The position numbers and the translations under genes are program-made. From an uncultured delta proteobacterium (lineage in GTDB: Bacteria; Desulfobacterota; Desulfomonilia; UBA1062): a stretch of 64,000 nt of DNA. Shown here piece by piece: positions 11,993 through 23,332 of the stretch. The stretch is from positions 96,001 through 160,000 of the forward strand of contig CAVVYZ010000030.1 in the NCBI GenBank assembly GCA_963752595.1. Direction: 5' to 3'. Position 1 is the first letter of the stretch. The number at the start of each line of letters is the position of its first letter. A model generated the notes under the pieces. It saw only the letters and a program-made list of their open reading frames with translations. It had not been told where the DNA came from and did no database searches.

Positions 11993-13123
11993 TCATTCGA
12001 TCGTTTTTTCCGTGAGCTGAATATAGCTGGTAATGAATTGGTTGGCAATCGAACTCCAACATATCGCGCTTTTCATATCCGATCTCTTTTTATCCAGAAT
12101 CTCCTGCGGAATGCTGCCTGACAGGGCAGCCAGGATTTTATCTGCAAGATCCCTCTCGTCACCTGATTTGAACAGGTATCCGTCCCGGCCGTGATTTATC
12201 AAGGATCTATTGGCGCTGATATCCGTCACTACGGGAATCAATCCTGAGGCTATTGCCTCGAGCAGGGCGATTGAAGTACCATCGGCTGTGGCAGTTGATA
12301 CAAACGCCGATGCACTCTCCATGAGCCCCGGTACAGCATTGTGGGGGACTGTTCCCATGAAAAGTACGTGGTCTGCTATTCCAAGACCTTCAGCCGATTC
12401 CTTGAGTGCAAGCTCAAGGGATCCTGTCCCTGCGATGATGCATTTTGCACATTGATTCTTTTCCAATACATAGGGCATTGCGCGGATAAGGGTTTGCGCA
12501 TCGTAGACCTTTTCCAGGCTCCTTGTGAAAAGGATAGTACGGCCATCGTGATTCGGCCTGATCCTGAAGAATGAGTCGTTTACCCCTGATGAGTACAGTT
12601 CCGCTTTCTTTAACAAAGGCCTTTCTTTCATTGCTTCGGAGACGATGGTTACTTTGTCCGCCAGCGTCACGGCAAGATCGAAAAGAAACCGAACCAGCCC
12701 CTTCTCGCTCACACGCATATCCATGCCCCGTGCAGTATTAATGACCGGGACCCTGGTCAGGATCCCGGCAAGAGAGGCAATCAGTCCAGTGGGTACGATC
12801 CAGTTGCCGTGGATAACATCGGGCTTTTCTTTCAGGCAGAGATATACCGCCTTGAAAAGTCCTGAAATCATATAGATGCACATTGAGAGAACAGGGATGG
12901 AATCGAGCTGATTGAGGGGAGTATCCCCGTTCGGGAATCGGAAACGATAGACCCGGATGCCCTGTTCTTCTTCGAACAGGGGGCTTTGTTTAAAAATGCG
13001 CGGTGTGAGTACGAGGACCTCAAGGCCCTGATTTACTAGTTCTCTGCAGAGCCTGCGAATGAATATCCCGCGGCTTGATCCCTCATAATCGGGATAGGAT
13101 GTCGTGATCATGAGGACCTTCAT
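11993..13123 (-). CDS. Glycosyltransferase family 4
   Basis: MKVLMITTSYP N-terminus after an AGGAG RBS; DGTSIALLEAIASG motif. Confidence 0.88.
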   Translation of the reverse strand: MKVLMITTSYPDYEGSSRGIFIRRLCRELVNQGLEVLVLTPRIFKQSPLFEEEQGIRVYRFRFPNGDTPLNQLDSIPVLSMCIYMISGLFKAVYLCLKEKPDVIHGNWIVPTGLIASLAGILTRVPVINTARGMDMRVSEKGLVRFLFDLAVTLADKVTIVSEAMKERPLLKKAELYSSGVNDSFFRIRPNHDGRTILFTRSLEKVYDAQTLIRAMPYVLEKNQCAKCIIAGTGSLELALKESAEGLGIADHVLFMGTVPHNAVPGLMESASAFVSTATADGTSIALLEAIASGLIPVVTDISANRSLINHGRDGYLFKSGDERDLADKILAALSGSIPQEILDKKRSDMKSAICWSSIANQFITSYIQLTEKTIE

Positions 13124-13519
13124 GTAAAAAACTCCTATACCACACATCTCCATGCTCGTAATCAACTCATTGCTGATCGACATAACGGCCTGGTATCTTT
13201 ACGCTCGACCATACCGTGAGTACATGGAAAATGATCAATAGAAAAGCTACTGCTTAAGTAAAGAGAAAGGCGCTTCCAGTATAAAGGACAGAGGTGAGGG
13301 AGAGCCTAAAAGAAGTAATGTTGTAATACAAACATACTAATCTCTTGACAAAAAAGATTGAGATATAATATTCTGTTTTAGATGTAATTTTTGTGTCATT
13401 ATTTGGGAGGTTTCGTCAGGGGATTTATATGCTCGTTTTCTTCAGGCAGGTACGAGCCGCTGCATAATCATCAGTATTTAAGGGTAGAATCTAAACTTGT
13501 TTGGGGTGGATATACTGCG

Positions 13520-14710
13520 ATGAATGTACTTCTCGAAGGAATCAGGATACTCGATTTCAGCTATCTCCTGCCCGGCCCGTTTGCAACCATGATGCTCTCC
13601 GATCTCGGCGCCGAGGTTCTTCGGGTGGAATCACCCAGCAGGATAGATATGGCACGTCTGGCACCCCCCTTTGTTGATAAAGATCAGCAGGTTTCCTGCA
13701 TGCATGCCACGCTGAACAGGAACAAGAAATCAATCGCCCTTGACTTAAAATCCTCCCGGAGCATCGACATCATCCAGGGGCTCATCAAGGACAAGGGGTA
13801 TGACGTCATCGTCGAGCAGTTCCGTCCAGGTGCCATGGCTCGTCTCGGGCTGTCTTATGAGTGTCTTGCCCGGCTCTGTCCGGGACTCATCTACTGCTCC
13901 ATTACCGGCTACGGTCAGACCGGGCCCTTAAGGGACAGGGCAGGCCATGATATCAACTATCTCTCCCTTTCGGGCATCATGAGTTATTCCGGCAGGGAAC
14001 GCACCGGTCCGTGCCAGATGGGAATCCAGGTGGCCGATGTCGGTTCCGGATCGAATAACGCAGTCATAGGGATCCTTGCGGCAATTATCCACCGGATGAA
14101 GACCGGCGAGGGGCAGTATATCGATATATCCATGACTGACGGGATGTTTCCCCACCATGTGGTCAGCGGCATCAGGACGCTCGTCGGCGATGCGGACCCG
14201 GGGCTGGAGACGGAGCTGCTCAACGGTGCATCCCTCTATGGGTTTTACGAGACCTCCGATGGTCAGTACCTCTCGTTCGGGGGGCTGGAGCCGCAATTCC
14301 TCACGGCTTTTCTCAAAGCGCTCGGGCTCGAAGGGTATATCGATCGCCTCATGGAGCCGGAGATTACCAGTGAGATCAAAGTTCAGGCGGCTGAAAAGAT
14401 ACGTTCCCGGACGAGGGAGCATTGGATAGAGGTTTTTAGCACTGCCGATGCCTGTGTGGAGCCCGTGCTCACGGTGTCGGAATCTGTTTCAAGCGGCCAT
14501 GCCGCTGCTCGTGGGCTCGTTGTCGAAGTACCAGGCCCGGATGGATTGCCAATCAGGCAGATCGGCCTTCCCATACACTTCTCAGGATATGCACCTCAGT
14601 ACCAGTGGGCCGGCCCTTCATTGGGGCAGCACACAACCGAGATTCTCCAATCTCTTGGAATAGCAGACCAGGAGATCGGGGATATGAAATCCAAAGGAAT
14701 TATCGGCTGA
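13520..14710 (+). CDS. Class III CoA-transferase (CaiB/BaiF; alpha-methylacyl-CoA racemase-like)
   Basis: LEGIRILDFSYLLPGPF, LNRNKKSIALDLK, EQFRPG, AGHDINYLSLSG, GEGQYIDISM, PSLGQHT. Confidence 0.92.
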   Translation: MNVLLEGIRILDFSYLLPGPFATMMLSDLGAEVLRVESPSRIDMARLAPPFVDKDQQVSCMHATLNRNKKSIALDLKSSRSIDIIQGLIKDKGYDVIVEQFRPGAMARLGLSYECLARLCPGLIYCSITGYGQTGPLRDRAGHDINYLSLSGIMSYSGRERTGPCQMGIQVADVGSGSNNAVIGILAAIIHRMKTGEGQYIDISMTDGMFPHHVVSGIRTLVGDADPGLETELLNGASLYGFYETSDGQYLSFGGLEPQFLTAFLKALGLEGYIDRLMEPEITSEIKVQAAEKIRSRTREHWIEVFSTADACVEPVLTVSESVSSGHAAARGLVVEVPGPDGLPIRQIGLPIHFSGYAPQYQWAGPSLGQHTTEILQSLGIADQEIGDMKSKGIIG

Positions 14711-14741
14711 TGAAAAAGCATATGAAAGGGGGAAGTAAGTT

Positions 14742-16199
14742 ATGGTTGGTATTACATCTTACGGAGGGTACATACCGCGCTATCGTTTAAGCCGCATGAC
14801 GATCATCCAGAATATGGCGTGGTATTTCCCGGTAATCATGGCAGTAGCCGGAGGGGAAAAGGCGGTTGCGAACTGGGATGAGGACAGTCTGAGCATGGCG
14901 GTTGCTGCGGCCTGTGACTGCATGGCCGCAAAGGACAGAAAGTCTCTTGGCGGGGTGTTCTTTGCCTCTACCACCATGCCGTTTGCAGACCGGCTCAATG
15001 CGGGGATCATCGCTGCAGCCCTGAATGCCCCGGAAGGCGGTGTCACGAATGCGGATTTCGGTTCATGCCTGAAGTCAGGCACCACGGCGGCGATCTCAGC
15101 CTTGGAGGCTGTTGAATCCGGGCAAAGGAACAATGTGCTTGTGGCTGCATCCGACTTGAGAAAGTCGAAGATGGCGACCATGGCTCGAGATGTTCACCGG
15201 AGACGGTGCAGCGGCAGTGCTCTTCGGAAGAGACAATGTCATTGCCGAGTTCAAGGGCAGCTATTCGATGAGTTATGATTTCATCGATCATTATAAGGGA
15301 TTCGGCAAGGATTATGACTATCTTTGGGAAGAGAGATGGGTAAGGGATGAAGGGTACGGGAAAATCATACCCCAGGCCATACAAGGCTTTCTGAAAAAAT
15401 ATGGGGCCTCGATTGCGGATTTCGATAAGGTCATCTACCCTTGCTATTTCACCGGCACGCACCGCGAGATAGCCAAGAGACTCGGCATCGATCCTTCAAG
15501 GGTGCAGGACAATCTGCATACGTCTGCGGGGATACCGGAACAGCCCATCCTCTTATCATGCTCTCTGCCGCGCTCGAAGAGGCGAAACCGGGTGATAAAC
15601 TCCTTCTGGCAGGCTTCGGACAGGGATGCGATGTGTTGGGCTTCGAAGCAACAGACAGAATCAAGGGGTTCAAGCCTGCCCGTGGAGTAGCAGGCTCTCT
15701 CGCTGCCAAAGTGGACCTGGTCAGTTACCAGAAGTATGCCAAATTCAAAGACCTCATTGCCGCCGATCTCGGGATCAGGGGCGAGGCGAACCCGAATACG
15801 TCTCTCACCGCTTTATGGCGCAAGCACAAGATGATCTTAGGCTTCGTTGGGGCGAAGTGCATGAAGTGCGGGACACCTCAATTTCCCCCGCAGCCCATGT
15901 GCGTAAACCCTGAATGCAACGAGGTAGGCCGGTTCGAAGATTATGAGTTCGCCGATAAAACTGGCAATATCCAGATGTTCACCGGCGACCTGCTCTCGCC
16001 TTCGGTCGACCCCCCGGCTGTGTACGGCCTCGTAGAATTCGACGGAGGCGGGAAGGCGTTCCTCGACTTCACCGACTGCGATCTGAACCAGGTCAAGGTG
16101 GGAATGCCCATCACGATGTCTTTCAGGAGAAGGGTCCAGGACCGGGTGCGTGGCTTCACCGGATATTTCTGGAAGGCCGTCCCGCAGGTCGCAGGGTAA
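14742..16199 (+). CDS. HMG-CoA synthase/KASIII-like domain fused to a DUF35 Zn-ribbon/OB-fold domain; two frameshifts (~15180, ~15520)
   Basis: GITSYGGYIPRYRL, DEDSLSMAV, GDGAAA, GDTGTAH, then CMKCGTPQFPPQPMC...C and the OB-fold end YFWKA, assembled from ORFs 14742, 15190 and 15441. Confidence 0.85.
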
Positions 16200-16210
16200 G
16201 GGGGTGCGAG

Positions 16211-17424
16211 ATGGCGAGCGGAATAAGAGATAAGGTTGCAATCATCGGGATGGGATGCACGAAATTCGGTGAGCGATGGAATGACGGTCCGGAAGAACTG
16301 ATGGTTGAAGCATTCCAGGAATGCATCCAGGATGCCGGGATCGAGAAGAAAGAGATCCAGGCTGCATGGCTGGGCACTTGTTTTGATGAGATCATGGTGG
16401 GAAAGAGCGCCCTGTCGGCTGTCCATGTCGCTCTGAGGCTTCCCAATATCGCGGTCACCAGGGTGGAGAATTTCTGCGCCAGCGGAACCGAGGCTTTCAG
16501 GGGCGCGGTCTATGCCGTGGCGTCGGGCGCCTGTGACTTTGCCCTGGCCATGGGGGTGGAGAAGCTCAAGGATATCGGCTACGGCGGCCTGCCCGAGTTC
16601 AGCTCTGCCATGGGTACGACGAATTCGCTGTGGTTCCCGAACCTGACCGCACCCGGCGGGTTTGCCATGCTGGCCACCGGCTATGCGGCGAAATACGGCA
16701 TCGATATCATGGATGTCAAGAGGGCCATGGCCCATGTATCGGTCAAGAGCCATGCAAACGGGCGCCAAGAATCCCAAGGCGCATCTGAGAAAGCCGGTGA
16801 CCGAAGAGCAGGTCCTGAATGTCGCCCATGATCGCCTTCCCCCTGGGGCTTTTCGACTGCTGCGGGGTAAGCGACGGTTCCGCCTGCGCCATCGTCACCA
16901 CCCCGGAGATCGCGAAAACGCTTGGGAAAAAGGACATCGTCTCGGTGAAGGCCCTCCAGCTTGCCCTGAGCAACGGGACGGAGATGGCCTACGACTGGGA
17001 CGGGGCCCATTTCATCACCACGACCAAGGCGAGCAAGGCGGCATACGAGGAGGCGGGCATCAAGAACCCGCGGGAGGAGATCAGCATGATGGAGGTGCAC
17101 GACTGCTTCTCCATCACCGAGCTGGTGACCATGGAAGACCTCCACATCTCGGAGAGGGGCAAGGCGCCCAAGGATATCATGGACGGGTTCTACGACCTGG
17201 ACGGGAAGGTCCCCTGCCAGGTGGACGGCGGGCTGAAGTGCTTCGGCCACCCCATCGGCGCCTCCGGCCTGCGGATGCTCTACGAGATGTACCTCCAGCT
17301 TCTCGGGCAGGGCCGGCGAAAGGCAGCTCAAGGACCCGAGATTCGGCCTGACCCACAACCTGGGCGGGTTCCCGATGATGAACGTCTGCAGCATCGCCAT
17401 CGTCGGGAAGATATCGAGGCATAA
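16211..17424 (+). CDS. Thiolase, SCP-x/non-canonical type; frameshifted
   Basis: VAIIGMGCTKFGE, VENFCASG, NPKAHLRK, DCCGVSDG, EVHDCFSI, GHPIGASG and HNLGG, spread over three frames. Confidence 0.9.
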
Positions 17425-17442
17425 TTGAAAAGAGGAGGTGTC

Positions 17443-17895
17443 ATGGCTGATATTCGAAGGTCGGCAAGGAGTATCGCTCCGATAGCCTGGGAGGTTGAAC
17501 GAGGCAAGATCCGGGAAATGGCAAGGGCGATCGGCGACCCGAACCCGATTTACCTCGACAGGGAGGCGGCGATAAAAGAAGGATACAGGGATACCCCGGC
17601 GCCTCCGACCTTCCTCACCGTCCCCATGATGTGGTGCGCGTCCATGCCCGTAATGATCAATGACCTCAAGATCAATTTCTTCATGGTCCTCCACGGGGAA
17701 GAGGAATACGAATATTACCGGGAGATCTATCCCGGCGACATCGATCACCGGCATCCCGAAGGTCGTCAACATCGAGGAGAAGACGAGCAAGTCGGGCAGC
17801 GAAAATGGACATGGTCACCCTCGAGATCCTCTATAAAAACCAGAACAGGGAAAAGGTCGCAAAAGCCAGGACGCTTGCTGGTCGAGAGGAAATAG
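17443..17895 (+). CDS. MaoC-like (FAS1 dehydratase N-terminal type) hydratase subunit; internal frameshifts
   Basis: VERGKIREMARAIGDPNPIY, APPTF, VLHGEEEYEY; AGGAGG RBS. Confidence 0.85.
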   Translation: MADIRRSARSIAPIAWEVERGKIREMARAIGDPNPIYLDREAAIKEGYRDTPAPPTFLTVPMMWCASMPVMINDLKINFFMVLHGEEEYEYYREIYPGDIDHRHPEGRQHRGEDEQVGQRKWTWSPSRSSIKTRTGKRSQKPGRLLVERK

Positions 17896-17906
17896 GAGGC
17901 TCGACA

Positions 17907-18383
17907 ATGGTCGGAGAGCAAGAGTATATATTATCGAAGACTGTTCAGATCACGTGGCGATCAGATGCCTGACGCTCTGTAAAGGGTCCGGTCCTGAAGC
18001 TCCAGCATGTCATGTATGCAGGCGCATCAGGCGATTTCAATCCGCTGCACACGGATGATGATTTTGCGCGGGCGGTGGGCATGAAAGACGGCGTGATCAC
18101 CCACGGCATGCTCGTCATGGGGTTCGTGGGCCAGGCCATCACGAGCTGGGTGCCGAAGAAGATGCCTGAAGGTTTCGGCGTGCGATTTGCCGGGATGACC
18201 AGGCCGGGGAATACCATCACCATAACCGGCACGGTGATGGAAAAGAAGCAGGAAGCGGGGGAGAACCTCGTTACCTGCGAGGTCAGTTGCCGGGATGAGA
18301 CAGGTGATGTAAAGATAACGGGAAGCTTTTCCGCGGCACTGCCGTCGAAGAGGGCTGATCGAACGAATGCGAGGAGGGAATGA
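17907..18383 (+). CDS. MaoC-family (R)-enoyl-CoA hydratase catalytic subunit; 5' end garbled
   Basis: Hydratase-2 motif YAGASGDFNPLHTD, ITHGML; GGAGG RBS before ATG 17907. Confidence 0.85.
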
Positions 18384-18386
18384 AGT

Positions 18387-19298
18387 ATGGCAAAGATCGA
18401 TTTTACCGGGAGAGTTGCGATCGTTACCGGCGCAGGAGCCGGGCTTGGGAGGCAGTATGCCCTCGAGCTGGCGAAACGCGGGCGCGAAGGTGGTGGTGAA
18501 CGACCTGGGCGGGACCCGGGACGGCGTCGGGCTCGAGCGATGCTGCGGCGAACAAGGTGGTGGACGAGATCAAGGCCCTGGGCGGCCAGGCAGTCCCGAA
18601 CTATGACAACGTGGCGACGGTCCAGGGCGGGGAGAACATCGTGAAGACAGCCGTCGATGCCTTCGGCAAGGTGGATATCCTCATCAACAATGCCGGAATC
18701 CTCAGGGACAAGACCTTCACCAAGATGGAGGAGGAGAACTGGGATGCGGTCATGAACGTGCACCTCAGGGGCGCCTACTGCGTCACGCAAGCCGGCCTTC
18801 ACCAATATGCGGGAGAACGGCTACGGCAGGATCATCATGACCACCTCGGGCGCGGGGCTGTTCGGGAACTTCGGGCAGAGCAACTATGCGTCGGCCAAGA
18901 TGGGGCTCATCGGGCTCACCAATGTGCTCAAGCTCGAGGGGGCAAAGTACAACATCAAGACCAACGTGATCGTCCCCGTAGCCGCCTCCCGGCTCACCGA
19001 GGATGTGCTTCCGCCGCAGTTCTTCGAGAAGATGAAGCCCGATTTCATCACTCCTGCGGTGCTCTACATGTGCTCGGAGGAGTGCAAGGATTCGGGCATG
19101 ATCATCAATGCGACCCTGGGATATTACAGCCGGACGGCCATCGTCACCGGGCCCGGCGCAATCCTCTCCGACGGCAAGCAAGATCCCGAGCCCGAAGAGG
19201 TCATGGAGAACTGGGACAAGATCAAGAGCCTGGAGAACCCGAAATATTTCGATCAGCTCCCCGAGATGTTCGGCGTCCTGGGGCCGCTGCTTTCGTAA
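18387..19298 (+). CDS. SDR 3-hydroxyacyl-CoA dehydrogenase (peroxisomal MFE-2 dehydrogenase-like); frameshifted
   Basis: [38 protein letters not shown], in three consecutive ORF pieces. Confidence 0.9.
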
Positions 19299-19451
19299 CC
19301 GGTGTGAGGGGATAAGTGGGGCTCTTTTAAGCGTTTTATATTTTTATATAAAGAGCATGGAGTGGTATTCCCGTGGAGACAGAGAATCCAGGTACACGCC
19401 TTGATTTGTGGATTCCTGTCTTCATGGGATTGACACTTTACCCGTCTGTTT

Positions 19452-20095
19452 CTAAACGCGCCCTTTAGATGAGACCTCCGGCACGACAATAAAGCGGACC
19501 ATATACTTCTCGGGCAGAAACAGGACGGCATGATCCCGACTCCACGGCGCCAACCGTGATTATATACCGCTTGTTCCTGTCGAGAGAAATATCCTTATCA
19601 GCTTGGACAGGAATTTTTACCGGAGGTTGAATGCTGATATCCAGGATGGAGGGTCTGTGGGAGTGGCCTCTGAACAGGATCGTGAATGGAACGCTTTCAT
19701 CCCCGAGGAGCGAAGGGAGGAACTCGGAAAGAGGCCTCTTCGTAGCAGCGGGATAGTTGTATGGGGCCGAATGCGTGAAGCACACCGACCCGAACTTCAG
19801 GGTGTAGGGCAATTCGCTGAACAGGGAGACCACCTCAGGAGGAGCATATTCTTTGCTTGCAGTCCCGATATCGTGCAGGATTGTGCATTCGTTATTTCCC
19901 CTTACCGCCTTGATATGTATTTTTATGCAAGATATCAAATGCTTGAGAGATGATATGAGGGCTCAGGGAATCGCACATATCCCCGAGGTGTATGAGGTTC
20001 TCCGCCCCAAGAGCCCTCAATAACTTGATTGCGCTTTTGAGGAGACCGTTCTTCCCGTGACTGTCAGACATGATGCCTATGGGCGTGGTGAGCAT
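19452..20095 (-). CDS. Metallophosphoesterase (calcineurin-like, YfcE-type); frameshifted
   Basis: SDSHG, HLGD, VRGNNE, FTHS, GHSH motifs over ORFs 19892-20152 and 19465-19938. The 3' end is approximate. Confidence 0.8.
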
Positions 20096-20188
20096 AGCCG
20101 ATTCCATATCCCAGGGATAATGGATTTGCCGGATCTTTTCAATCATCTTCAAAGGAAGATATATGCATCGAAGAATGCACCATATTGA

Positions 20189-20217
20189 TTGACAGATAGG
20201 ATAAGAGCTGTTATTTT
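20189..20217 (+). promoter_or_regulatory. Putative sigma70 promoter with extended -10
   Basis: TTGACA, 17 bp, TATTTT with a preceding TG; ~50 bp upstream of the AGGAGG-ATG at 20265. Confidence 0.5.
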
Positions 20218-20264
20218 AAAGTTTAAAGTAAAGCTTTAAAACATCCTTCTCCAGGAGGTCTGCA

Positions 20265-21766
20265 ATGGCCGAATATGATGTGGTGGTAATCGGAGCGGGA
20301 AACGGCGGGCTTACCGGCGCGCTTACCCTGGCAAAGGCAGGACGGAAGGTGTTGCTCCTCGAACGGCACAATGTCCCCGGCGGGTGCGCCACGAGCTTTG
20401 TGCGCGGCAGGTTCGAGTTCGAGGTGGCTCTCCACCAGCTGAGCGGCATGGGATCTGACGAAAGGCCGGGCCCCCTGAGGTCGGTTCTTGGCGAGCTGGG
20501 CGTTATGGACAAGCTTGAGTTCGTGGAGATGGAGAACCTCTACCGGGTAGTCTGGCCTGGATACGTTCGACATCACCCTCGAAGGCCGAGCGGGGAGCGA
20601 TCATCGAAGACCCTCCAGGAGCGCTTTCCCAAGGAGAAGGAGGCAATCCCGAAGTTCTTCGACCTTGTCTACGGCTTCAGCATGGAGATGGTCCAGGGGC
20701 TCTTCTTCCGCGATCCCGCGATATCCAAGGAAAAATATCCCCTGTTACTTCAAATATGCCTTCACACCCACCCAGAAGGTCCTCGACGAGTTTTTTGACG
20801 ATCCCTCTTCTGAAGGCCGTGCTCAGCATCTACTGGTCATATGTCGGAGTACCGCCCAGGTGGATGCCCTTCGGCGATTTTGCCATCATGCTCTTCGCCT
20901 ACATCGAGTTCAAGCCCTACCACCTCAAAGGAGGGTCCCAGGCCCTCTCCAATGCCCTGCTCGACGAGTTCCTCTCGAGCGGCGGCGAGGCAAGGTTCAA
21001 CTGCGGGGCGCAGAAGATCGATATCACGAACGGCCGGATAACCGGCGTAACCACCGAGCACGGGGACACGGTATCAACTCGCTACGTGCTCTCCAATGCC
21101 AGCGTCTCGGAGACCTACCTCAACCTCATGGACCCCGACCAGATGCCCCGGGATGCCCTGGAGGCATACCGGAGCTCCACCATCGGCCCATCCGCGTTCA
21201 CCATCTACATGGGATTCGACTGCGAGCCCGGCGAGATGGGCATACAAGAAACAACGAATTTCATCACTACCACGACGGACATGGACAAGGCCTTCTCCCA
21301 GTGGAAGACCACTGGAACAGCAGGAGGTGGGGGCTGCTCACCTGCTACGATGTCTCGGATCCCGAGCTTCTCACCCACAGGGAGCATCCCAGGCGGCATT
21401 CGTGGCGCTGCAGTACGCCGATCCCTGGTACCTCGTCCCTCCTCATCAGTACTACGACACCAAGTACCGGTACGCAGACGGCATGCTCAAGCTCGCAGAG
21501 AGAGTGTTCCCCGGCATCAGGGGTCATATCGAGGAGATGGAGGTGGCGACACCCATGACCCACTTACGCTATCTCGGGCATCCCGGAGGCGCCATCTACG
21601 GCTTTGATCAGTTTGCCAAGGATACCTCCTACTTCATGACCAACACTTCGCCTGTCCAAGGGCTTTACTTTGCAGGGGCATGGGCAGGCTCGGGGGCTTC
21701 CAGCCGACACTTACCTCGGGAAGATCTTCGGCGCGTGCGATCCTGAAATCCATGGCAAAGGGTTAA
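20265..21766 (+). CDS. Phytoene desaturase/retinol saturase-like FAD-dependent oxidoreductase; several frameshifts
   Basis: VVVIGAGNGG, LLERHNVPGGCATSFVRGRFEFEV, KGGSQALS, ATPMT..RY..HPGGAIYG, GLYFAGAW. Confidence 0.85.
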
Positions 21767-21780
21767 AGAGGAGGACCGGT

Positions 21781-22975
21781 ATGAGTTTAAAAGATGTTCT
21801 GAAAGATATCGAAGGGTACCAGGAGATCAGGGAAGAAATCAATATCCTGAAAAAATACGGCACGGATTATTCCACCCAAAGGGGTCAGGCCAGGAAGGTC
21901 CTGGATCTGCTTCATCCCGGAAAACTAAAATTGCGAGTTTCAGAGGTCATTAGTGAAACTAAGAGCACAAAGACCTTCAGGATGATTTCAGCTGACGGAT
22001 ACCTGCCACCTTTCCAGGCCGGGCAATATATTAACCTCGTCATTGAAACAGGAGGAATTGTCACCAGCAGGGATTACAGCATTTCCTCAGCTCCGGGGCA
22101 GACAGCCTTTTATGATATCACGGTGCGGCAGCTTGGTGACGGTTTCGTATCAGATTATCTCCTGAACGATGTAAAGGTGGGAGACGAATTCGAGAGCAGC
22201 TCTCCTGCCGGGAATTTTTATCACAACCCCCTCATCCACGGGAACGATCTGGTATTTCTTGCCGGAGGGAGCGGGATTACCCCGTTCATGAGCATGATCC
22301 GCGAGGCTTCCGGCAGAGGTCTTGATCGTCGTATTCACCTGATTTATGGCAGCCGGACCCCTGATGATGTGATCTTTGAACAGGAAATCGAGGACCTTTC
22401 CCGGAAACACCCGAATTTCAATTGGACACTCGTCATCTCGAATCCTCCGGAGGGATACACCGGCCGCACCGGTTTTATCACGGCTGATCTCATGAAAGAG
22501 ACCCTTGGAGGGGATTTATCGGGCAAGACATTTTTTGTTTGCGGCCCTGAGGCGATGTATACCTTCTGTGAGAAAGAGCTTTATCGTCTGGACATTCCCA
22601 GGAAAAATATCCGCACCGAGATGTACGGGCCGCCGAAGGACGTTGCCGGACAGCCTGGATGGCCTGCCGGCACCGGCCGTGACGAAATGGTCACTGTTTC
22701 CATAAAGAACGGAAAGTCAATCCAGGTGCGCACTACAGAACCCCTGATGAATTCACTAGAGCGAAACGGCATTGTCATCCCTGCCTTATGCAGGTCGGGT
22801 GAATGCAGCCTCTGCAGGACAAAACTCCTGAAAGGAAAGGTTTTTCAGCCCGAAGGGGTCAAGACTTAGGGCATCGGACCGAAGGTTCGGCTATATCCAC
22901 CCATGTATGGCTTTTCCCTTGAGCGATCTTGAAATCCTGCTGCCTAGTGGTGGATTCTCGAATTCATTTGGTTAA
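21781..22975 (+). CDS. FAD/NAD-binding ferredoxin reductase with C-terminal 2Fe-2S domain; frameshift near 22865
   Basis: FQAGQY, RDYSISS, AGGSGITP, FVCGP, CRSGECSLC. The last Cys (YIHPCMAFP) lies in the shifted frame ending TAA 22975. Confidence 0.88.
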
Positions 22976-23332
22976 AAATGGCTGAAAATGCAATCTTGCA
23001 TATTGATTTATTACGAAATTTACAAATCGTATCTCCCTGAAAATTAGCTTCATTCATAGGTATTTTCTACATATAGTACATGAGCTGGAAAAGGGCTTAT
23101 CTGAGTGTTCTGCAAGCTTGACCAGCACCTAGGTATGTTATATGTGTTTTGCTGTCCTTATTTAATGATTAGCGTATCTTACAATTGGTCATTCCATGGA
23201 GATGGTTAATACACCGGGAATGGCGGAGCTTTGCTGTTAAAAGGGCTTATAATGATCTTGCATAAACGTGGTGAGGCTTTATTATCTCTTTCCAATTAAA
23301 TATCAACAAACAACATCACTTCTGGAGGGGAA

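Noticed and set aside
13345-13369. Perfect TTGACA and TATAAT promoter boxes
   Set aside because: The spacing is only 13 bp. An alternative -10 (TATTCT, 18 bp) is possible but too weak to call.
16681-18805. Long antisense ORFs (369 aa and 286 aa) and similar shadow ORFs elsewhere
   Set aside because: They mirror GC3-rich real genes on the opposite strand and carry no recognisable motifs.
14742-22975. Programmed frameshifting or mass pseudogenisation of the catabolic operon
   Set aside because: The indels are scattered, lack consistent slippery motifs and leave catalytic motifs intact; assembly error is more parsimonious.
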